A DNA stretch of 53,456 bases from Bacteroidota bacterium. GTDB lineage: Bacteria; Bacteroidota; Bacteroidia; B-17B0; Aurantibacillaceae. The notes beneath the pieces were generated by a model. It saw only the letters and a program-made list of their open reading frames with translations. It did no database searches and was not told where the DNA came from. The stretch lies in the NCBI GenBank assembly GCA_036845295.1, contig DAIUED010000001.1, positions 1-53,456 of the forward strand, in the 5' to 3' direction. The first letter of the stretch is position 1, and each line of letters begins with the position of its first letter. The position numbers were made by a program, and so were the translations under genes. Positions 37,084 through 44,055 of the stretch are shown piece by piece.

Positions 37084-37266
37084 GTCTTTTAACTATTGAT
37101 TATCAATAAATTACAAAAACTAAAAAACTGTCTGCTTGTGCGTTGGTGATACAATAGTGTCCGGTTTCGATACACTTTTAAAATTTCCTTGTTTATGATT
37201 TGTTTGGTGCACAGGCATTTAGCGTTTGGGAATATTTATTGATCTTTGAACAGACAAAACTAGAAT

Positions 37267-38619
37267 ATGGATTTAAAGAAAGCGAGTGTGCTGGTGATCG
37301 ATGACGACCGGGATGTGCTCACGGCGATGGAACTATTGCTGAAAAAAGAAGTGGGCTATATCGCCACCGAAAAAGATCCCGGAAATTTGCCAATGCTCCT
37401 GAAGAAACACAGTTTCGATCTGGTGCTGCTCGATATGAACTTCAATGCGTCGATCAATACAGGCAACGAAGGCATTTACTGGCTAAAGCGTGTTCGTGAT
37501 ATTGATGCCAATCTTATCGTAGTGATGATCACTGCGTATGCCGACATCGACCTGGCCATCCGGTCGCTAAAAGAGGGTGCCGCTGATTTCATCGTGAAAC
37601 CCTGGAACAACCAGGTATTGCTGGATTCGTTGAAAGACCTGTTACAAAAGAAAAGCCGCAGGCAAACCGATGGCTCGCCGGTAAAAGGGCATTACGAGGA
37701 TGCCGGCATGATCGGGCAAAGCGAAGCCATGCAACATGTTTTCAGTAAGATCACCAAAGTGGCTCCAACCGATGCCAATGTACTCATCCTGGGAGAGAAC
37801 GGTACCGGAAAAGACCTGATTGCGCGGGCTATCCATCAACACTCGCTCCGGGCCAAACAAGCCTTCGTAAAAGTGGACGTGGGCGCGCTTACTGAAACCC
37901 TGTTCGAAAGCGAACTCTTTGGCCACAAGAAGGGCGCTTTCACAGATGCCCGCGAAGATCGCGAAGGCCGCTTCGAATCTGCCGACAAGGGCACACTATT
38001 TCTTGATGAGATCGGCAACATTAGTCTGCAGCAACAAGCCAAGCTGCTTACTGTGCTCCAAAACCGGCAAGTGACAAAGTTGGGCAGCAACATACCGGTA
38101 CCTGTAAATATACGCTTGCTGTGTGCTACCAACCAGCCTCTCAGTGGCCTTGCCGACGAAAATCGTTTCCGGAAAGATTTGATTTACCGCATCAATACCG
38201 TCGAGATCATCCTGCCGCCTTTGCGATCGCGAAAAGAAGATATTGCGCCACTCACAGCACACTATTTGAAATTCTACCGCGAGAAATACTTCAAATCATC
38301 GCTCGAGATCAGCCCCAAAGCGCTTGATAAACTCCGCGAGTACCACTACCCAGGTAACATCCGCGAATTGCAATACATTATCGAACGTTCTGTGATCATG
38401 GCCGATGGTGATGTGTTACAGCCACAGGATTTTATCTTCTCGCCCATCGAATCCCGTGCGACTGCTGACCATCATGCGGAGACTAGCCTGAGTGCTGTAG
38501 AAAAACAAACCATCATGCGGGTGATCGAAAAAAATAACGGCAATATTACTAAAGCCGCGAAAGAGCTGGGAATTACACGCACAGCCCTCTACCGCAGACT
38601 CGGAAAATATGAACTATAA
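37267..38619 (+). CDS. Sigma-54-dependent response regulator (NtrC family enhancer-binding protein)
   Basis: It has a REC domain (DDDRDVL...LLDMNF), an AAA+ domain with GENGTGKD, the GAFTDA loop (a GAFTGA variant) and LFLDEIG, and a C-terminal Fis-type HTH (ITKAAKELGITRTALYRRL). Confidence 0.9.
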   Translation: MDLKKASVLVIDDDRDVLTAMELLLKKEVGYIATEKDPGNLPMLLKKHSFDLVLLDMNFNASINTGNEGIYWLKRVRDIDANLIVVMITAYADIDLAIRSLKEGAADFIVKPWNNQVLLDSLKDLLQKKSRRQTDGSPVKGHYEDAGMIGQSEAMQHVFSKITKVAPTDANVLILGENGTGKDLIARAIHQHSLRAKQAFVKVDVGALTETLFESELFGHKKGAFTDAREDREGRFESADKGTLFLDEIGNISLQQQAKLLTVLQNRQVTKLGSNIPVPVNIRLLCATNQPLSGLADENRFRKDLIYRINTVEIILPPLRSRKEDIAPLTAHYLKFYREKYFKSSLEISPKALDKLREYHYPGNIRELQYIIERSVIMADGDVLQPQDFIFSPIESRATADHHAETSLSAVEKQTIMRVIEKNNGNITKAAKELGITRTALYRRLGKYEL

Positions 38620-39955
38620 ACAGATATTCAGGCACCAACTCTTCAAAACCATACTTTTGTTTGCGCTCCTGCTCGCGCTCGCTTTTTGTGTGGTGAAAGA
38701 ATGGTACATGACGGCACTTCCCATCCTTCCGCTCATTGGTTGGCTCCTGTACAACTCGCTCAGGTATCATAACCGGGCAAGCATCGAGATCCGGCAATTT
38801 GTTGATGCTATCCAGCACCGCGATTTCTCAAGGCATTTCAACACCAGGGAGGTATCGCCTGAGATCCTGCCGCTGCGTCTGGGCTTCAACCAGATCATCG
38901 ATACGTTTAAACTTATCAGCAAAGAAAAAGAAACGCAGTTCCTCTACCTCAAAAATATTCTTGATATTGTAGATACCGGCATCCTTTCTTACGAAACATC
39001 GCAGGGTGAAGTACTCTGGATGAACGAAGCCCTCCGCCAGCTATTGCACATTCCTTATCTGAAAACGATCCATTCGCTCGAAAAGCGCAACCAGGGATTA
39101 TATCAGGAGATTGTTTCCCTGGAGCGCGGACAAAAGATCGTAACACGCATCCCAAAAGATAGCAGCTTCTTCAAGATTCAGCTTTCGGCTACCATGTTCG
39201 AAAACGAAGGAAAGACCTATAAGCTCATTGCTTTCCAGAATATCAACGACGCGCTGGATGAAGGCGAATCACAAGCCTGGCAAAAGTTGCTGAGTGTGAT
39301 GACGCACGAGATCATGAATTCGGTGGCTCCTATTGCTTCATTGGCCGAAACGATGAAGAACCGTCTTGCAGAACATAGCCTGCAGGCAGGAAATTACAAG
39401 GAAACCCTTGCTGACATGGAAACCGGCATCGTCACGATTAAAAAACGCTCCGAAGGCTTGCTGAAATTCACCGAAACCTACCGGAGCTTAAGTCGCATCA
39501 ATAAGGTGCATCCTGCGCCGGTATATGCTGCCGAGCTCTTCGAGCATGTGCAGCAACTGTTGCAGCCTGGCATCGACAGCCGCGGCATCGACTTCGAGAT
39601 CATCCTAAAAGATCCGCTCCTGACGGTAAATGCCGACTCTGCACTGATCGAGCAGGTGCTTATTAACCTGACGCTAAATGCGATGGATGCCGTGAAAGAA
39701 CAACCTCACCCGCGGATCAGCCTCAGTGCCTCGAGGCAACCACACAAAACCGTGATTCAGATCAGCGATAACGGTTCGGGCATTGCCCCCGAACTTCTGG
39801 ATAAGATCTTCATTCCGTTCTTCAGCACCAAAAAAAGCGGTAACGGCATTGGCCTGAGCTTATGCAAACAGGTCATGTTGCTGCATAAAGGGCAGATCAC
39901 AGTGAAATCAACTGAACAAGAGGGAACGGTATTTAGCCTCGTTTTCGATCAGTAG
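38609..39955 (+). CDS. Sensor histidine kinase with two closely spaced TM helices and a cytoplasmic PAS-like segment
   Basis: It has the H-box SVMTHEIMNSVAPI, the N-box LINLTLNAMDA, G1 DNGSGI and G2 GNGIGLSL. The TM1-TM2 loop is only about 5 aa. There is an 11-nt overlap with the response regulator gene. Confidence 0.85.
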   Translation: MNYKQIFRHQLFKTILLFALLLALAFCVVKEWYMTALPILPLIGWLLYNSLRYHNRASIEIRQFVDAIQHRDFSRHFNTREVSPEILPLRLGFNQIIDTFKLISKEKETQFLYLKNILDIVDTGILSYETSQGEVLWMNEALRQLLHIPYLKTIHSLEKRNQGLYQEIVSLERGQKIVTRIPKDSSFFKIQLSATMFENEGKTYKLIAFQNINDALDEGESQAWQKLLSVMTHEIMNSVAPIASLAETMKNRLAEHSLQAGNYKETLADMETGIVTIKKRSEGLLKFTETYRSLSRINKVHPAPVYAAELFEHVQQLLQPGIDSRGIDFEIILKDPLLTVNADSALIEQVLINLTLNAMDAVKEQPHPRISLSASRQPHKTVIQISDNGSGIAPELLDKIFIPFFSTKKSGNGIGLSLCKQVMLLHKGQITVKSTEQEGTVFSLVFDQ

Positions 39956-39978
39956 GTACCGGGTGAACTCGTTAGGAA

Positions 39979-40497
39979 TCAGAAGCCAATAGATTCCACC
40001 TCATCGCTTCTAATGCTAAGCAGTCCGATGCAGGATCGCGTAAACGCCTCGATCTTTTGTTCGGCCGTGAGAATCTTCAAATCTCTTTGATCTGACTTGG
40101 TCAGGTATTGCTCTATATGAGGGAGCGTAGTGCTTTCAACATTATAGTTGAGGCGGTGAGCAATTTTGTTCCTCAAAGAATTCAACTCCGTCAGACCCGG
40201 TACAATCATTTCGAAAAAATCGGCAGCTGACGGCAATAGATAAATCTTCTGCCGAAAACCAAGATCAATGGAGGCGTAAGCTCTCTCTGTTAAAGACAGG
40301 TGGCGCCTCAATACGCCATCCATAAGATTTTCTATCACGAGATGGCAAACAATGATCTTTCCAAAATGATCGTGCTTCTGCTCGAGCATCCTGGCATTCT
40401 CTTTGGTTTTTTGTTCCAGCACATCAAATAGCTTCAACATATCAAAAATAGGTTCTACCAACTTAGGTGAACCGGATCTAGGGTTTTTTCGTTTCAT
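39979..40497 (-). CDS. HEPN-like all-alpha protein (putative RNase) with RNKIAH motif
   Basis: The 172-aa protein has an Rx4H motif in LNSLRNKIAHRL near the C-terminal half and helix-favouring composition throughout. An ATGA start/stop overlap joins it to the upstream nucleotidyltransferase gene. Confidence 0.5.
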   Translation of the reverse strand: MKRKNPRSGSPKLVEPIFDMLKLFDVLEQKTKENARMLEQKHDHFGKIIVCHLVIENLMDGVLRRHLSLTERAYASIDLGFRQKIYLLPSAADFFEMIVPGLTELNSLRNKIAHRLNYNVESTTLPHIEQYLTKSDQRDLKILTAEQKIEAFTRSCIGLLSIRSDEVESIGF

Positions 40498-41567
40498 AAT
40501 TTCTGATCTTTATATAAGACGTTCCGAATCTCCACCAAAATCTCCTCGGCCTTTGCGATGTTTGGCTCCACAGGTAAAGACGATGTTTCGTAAAGTGCCT
40601 CGATTTCTGCGATCTTTTCCTGCGCCATTTCTACGAGTACATCGTAATCGAAAGCGCCCGAACGAATCTTCAACAGGAAGTCACGGTCGGAGCGACGCAC
40701 GTTCACGCGGCCCTCGCGCGCAATCTCTGCAGCCATGCCCAATAAGCGAAACGTATGCATCATGTTTTTAGCGTCGTAGTTTTTGCCGTGGTCGATGGTG
40801 TTTTCGTACCGGGCTTCGTTTCGCTTCTCCACCCATTCCCAGTACTCCCGGTAATCGCGGCAATACTTCGAATAACCATCTTTATTGAAACTCATGACAC
40901 CCAGCGGCGCAATGTTTCTTTCCACGGAACTAAGCAATACGTCGTTGGCCTCGCTGCCGGAGCTGATGCCTTTAAGGGAACGATCCAATAACTGGCTGTT
41001 GTGGAAGAGCAGGTACATATCGCGCATGTGTGCGATATGTATCAAGCCACAATCTTGCTGAACAAAACCCTTTCGCTGAAGCCATACCGGCAGTGCCAGC
41101 GAACCCTGGCCCTCGACCACGTAACAGAAGTCGAGGATGGATTTGCGTTCCTGTTCCACCGGGTTAACGATCTTTTTATTGAGTCCTTTCGCCTTTTTTA
41201 TCTGCGATTGGGCATAGCCGGCAAAGGTGTCGCGGCAAAGCCTGGAAAGAAAAAACTCCGGTTTCAAAAGATCCATCACCGGATGCCGGTAGCGCACGCA
41301 GTCTTCGGGACTGCTTAGCAACTCCAGGATGTTCGGGTTGTTTTTAACCAGCAGATCCACAAACCTACCGAGTTCGTAATACACTTCATCATTTGTTGCA
41401 TTATTGAGCTGCTCTGTATAGGAAAGCCCATAGAGCTCCTTTTTCGGAAGCAGGAAAACACCCTTCAAATCGGTGTCCGATTGTGCGGTATGAAGGCCAT
41501 AGGCCCGACTTCCGCTGACACACTCCAGTAACAGATGTTTGCTGCATTTTATATCCTGTAAGTTCAT
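40494..41567 (-). CDS. Pol-beta superfamily nucleotidyltransferase, YcgL/PF10127-like ('RlaP'-type), long paralogue
   Basis: The N-terminal motif is SGSRAYGLHTAQSDTDLKG (GS-x10-DxD). The 357-aa protein starts 1 nt after the stop of the preceding paralogue. Confidence 0.7.
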   Translation of the reverse strand: MNLQDIKCSKHLLLECVSGSRAYGLHTAQSDTDLKGVFLLPKKELYGLSYTEQLNNATNDEVYYELGRFVDLLVKNNPNILELLSSPEDCVRYRHPVMDLLKPEFFLSRLCRDTFAGYAQSQIKKAKGLNKKIVNPVEQERKSILDFCYVVEGQGSLALPVWLQRKGFVQQDCGLIHIAHMRDMYLLFHNSQLLDRSLKGISSGSEANDVLLSSVERNIAPLGVMSFNKDGYSKYCRDYREYWEWVEKRNEARYENTIDHGKNYDAKNMMHTFRLLGMAAEIAREGRVNVRRSDRDFLLKIRSGAFDYDVLVEMAQEKIAEIEALYETSSLPVEPNIAKAEEILVEIRNVLYKDQKL

Positions 41568-41568
41568 G

Positions 41569-42336
41569 TTACTTTTTTATGTATAAAAGTTCTCTGAATA
41601 ATTCGTCGAGGTTCACACGCGGGTCTTTCCGGCCTTTCAACCCGTCGAATGCTTTCGTTGCGTTGTCAAGTTCGACGGAAATGAACGCATTAAGTTCGGC
41701 CTCGGCCGGATGACAGTAGCTTTCGTTCTTTCCGGATTTGAGTTGCACCAGCTCGCGGATACGCCCTTTGAGCGAATGATCGAAATCCAGCTTTCCGACC
41801 ATTGTGTCGAAGACGATAGGCGGCACACTATCTTCTTCCAGTATCCATTTGCAGCAAAGCGTCGCGCGCAAGGCGTAAAACAATTTTTTGAGCTTTACCT
41901 GATCCCTGTGTTCAACCTCCGAGAAGCTGTTCCTTGCCATTCCGAGGTAATGATACATAGAAGCCACGGGTACGAAGCACCGCTGCGCATAAGCATTTAA
42001 GAGTGCCTGCACACCAGGTACCTCACTATAAACAACAGGCGACTGTATCCGTTCCAGTAAGGCACCATTGGACTTCCACATCAGTTTTAAGCTCTTACGA
42101 ATATCCCAACCAGTAATATCAAGCTCTCCATCATCCGACATGTACTCAATACTGTCTTTCTTTTCCGACAGAGATAAGTACCAATCGAGATCGTGCCGGT
42201 AGATCATGCGCACGTCATAGTCGCTGTCGGGCGACGCAAATCCCCAGGCGCGCGAACCTGTTTCACAAGCATACAATACTGTAACTCCATATTGAGTCTC
42301 GATGTCTTTCAGTTTCTGTTGTATCTGTAGGGTCAT
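41569..42336 (-). CDS. Pol-beta superfamily nucleotidyltransferase, YcgL/PF10127-like ('RlaP'-type), short paralogue
   Basis: The N-terminal motif is ETGSRAWGFASPDSDYDVR (GS-x8-DxD). The protein is 255 aa. Confidence 0.7.
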   Translation of the reverse strand: MTLQIQQKLKDIETQYGVTVLYACETGSRAWGFASPDSDYDVRMIYRHDLDWYLSLSEKKDSIEYMSDDGELDITGWDIRKSLKLMWKSNGALLERIQSPVVYSEVPGVQALLNAYAQRCFVPVASMYHYLGMARNSFSEVEHRDQVKLKKLFYALRATLCCKWILEEDSVPPIVFDTMVGKLDFDHSLKGRIRELVQLKSGKNESYCHPAEAELNAFISVELDNATKAFDGLKGRKDPRVNLDELFRELLYIKK

Positions 42337-42378
42337 GATAATTCGATTTTAAATACATTTGTTTACTTTAAAAATTTT

Positions 42379-43806
42379 CTAATCCTCCCGGCTTCCGTCA
42401 TCGGCCATCCGCACCATTTTCGGTGTGAACTTCGCTACTACATCCACCAGGTCCTTTTGTGAAGCCATCACCGCTTCGATGTCTTTATAGGCCATTGGTG
42501 CTTCGTCTAATCCAGCTCCTATCAAGGTGACACCATGATCTTTCAAGACTTTCCGCATCTCATCATTCGTGATGTTTTTTATCGCCTGCGTACGACTCAT
42601 CTGCCGACCTGCACCATGAGAAGCCGAATTGATGGCATCTGCTTCTCCTTTTCCGCGCACCAAAAAACCAGGCGCAGTCATGGAACCCGGGATGATTCCC
42701 ATCACATCTTTGGATGCCGGTGTCGCGCCTTTCCGGTGCACGATTACCTCTTCTCCATTCCAGGTTTCTTTCCAGGCAAAGTTATGGTGGTTCTCCACCT
42801 TAGCCAACACCTGGGCACCTATCGCTTTCGTGATGCGCTCGTGGATCACTTCATGGCAAGCAGATGCATAGTCGCCGGCGAGGTTCATCGCCAGCCAATA
42901 TTCCTGCCCTTCGGCGCTGTTCAGATCAAGGTAAGCGAGGTTGGCTGCCTCTTTCGGAAGCCTGCACTGTTCTTTTGCAACCTTGGTATAATGCCCGGCA
43001 ATGGTGGCACCGAATCCGCGCGAGCCTGAATGAGTAAGCAATGCCAGGTATTTTCCCTTTGAGATATTCAATTTCTCGTCGTCTTTCTCAAAGTCGATGA
43101 TCCCGAATTCAACGAAGTGATTTCCTCCGCCCGAAGAACCAAGCTGTTCCCATGCCTTTTGATGAAGATTCTTCACCAAAGGATTCATTTGGAACAAGGC
43201 ATTGTCCAATATCTCATGTTCTACACGTTGCTTACCATGCCAGCCGGCACCGGCTCCGAATTTGGTCCAGGCGATGAGTTCGCGCTTATACTTCGATTCG
43301 TCAGCCATAAAGTGCGACTCCGGGATATCAAATACGGACAATGCCATCCGACATCCAATATCAACACCCACGCCATACGGAATAATGGCTCCGTGTGTAG
43401 CCAGCACACCGCCTATTGGCAATCCATAACCCTGATGCGCGTCGGGCATCAACGCTCCGGCAGCCGCAACCGGTAACTTCATGGCAACTTCCATCTGATT
43501 AATTGCGCCCTCCTCGATATGATCAGCTCCAAAAACGGTATAAGGCAACGCCTTTTCTCGGAGCGCAATCACTTCCTCTTGCACATCATTCATTTTTTCC
43601 ACCAGCGCCTGAGCGAGATCTGCGAGCACCTCGTCGTCGAGGAAACTTTCGGGGTGTTGAATTACTTTTGTGAAGATGGCCAATAGTTGTTCCTTTTCCG
43701 GCATAGTGGCATATTGCCTGGCAGCAGTAAGCGCAAGGCCGATGGCTTTCCCTTCGGAATAACCGATCGCTTTGAGATCGGCACCATTGATGTTTTGAGT
43801 GTTCAT
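42379..43806 (-). CDS. rtcB: RtcB-family 3'-phosphate/5'-hydroxyl RNA ligase
   Basis: It has the conserved motifs VDIGCRM, GGGNHFVE, HSGSRGFG and SASHGAGR (catalytic His). The 475-aa protein has a ~70-aa N-terminal extension relative to the minimal bacterial RtcB. Confidence 0.9.
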   Translation of the reverse strand: MNTQNINGADLKAIGYSEGKAIGLALTAARQYATMPEKEQLLAIFTKVIQHPESFLDDEVLADLAQALVEKMNDVQEEVIALREKALPYTVFGADHIEEGAINQMEVAMKLPVAAAGALMPDAHQGYGLPIGGVLATHGAIIPYGVGVDIGCRMALSVFDIPESHFMADESKYKRELIAWTKFGAGAGWHGKQRVEHEILDNALFQMNPLVKNLHQKAWEQLGSSGGGNHFVEFGIIDFEKDDEKLNISKGKYLALLTHSGSRGFGATIAGHYTKVAKEQCRLPKEAANLAYLDLNSAEGQEYWLAMNLAGDYASACHEVIHERITKAIGAQVLAKVENHHNFAWKETWNGEEVIVHRKGATPASKDVMGIIPGSMTAPGFLVRGKGEADAINSASHGAGRQMSRTQAIKNITNDEMRKVLKDHGVTLIGAGLDEAPMAYKDIEAVMASQKDLVDVVAKFTPKMVRMADDGSRED

Positions 43807-44055
43807 GTATGTTTGTTTAAATGTAACAATACAAAAGAACCTTACAAGTGCGCAGTGTAGTTGCGCAGTTAAATTAAATCTTAGAAATCAATGTAAATTA
43901 CTGATTTACAGCTGCAAATTTTCAGGCTCGAAAAAGCGGCTCACTAAATAAACAAAGAGACTCACTCAATACAGCATTTGCTATCAACTGAATAATCCTA
44001 GCTTAGCGGTGCGGCGGCAGGCTGCATTTGCTTTCATCCACTAAGATCCTAATTC

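Noticed and set aside
37200-37266. A possible sigma-54 promoter (TGGTGCACAGGCATT) lies upstream of the response-regulator gene.
   Set aside because: The GG-to-GC spacing is 3 nt too short for a -24/-12 promoter, and the -12 TTGC is absent.
79-43806. The 2H phosphoesterase at the left edge might be part of the same system as the rtcB cassette.
   Set aside because: The two are about 40 kb apart, separated by many unrelated housekeeping and efflux genes in different transcription units. The sequence gives no evidence of linkage.
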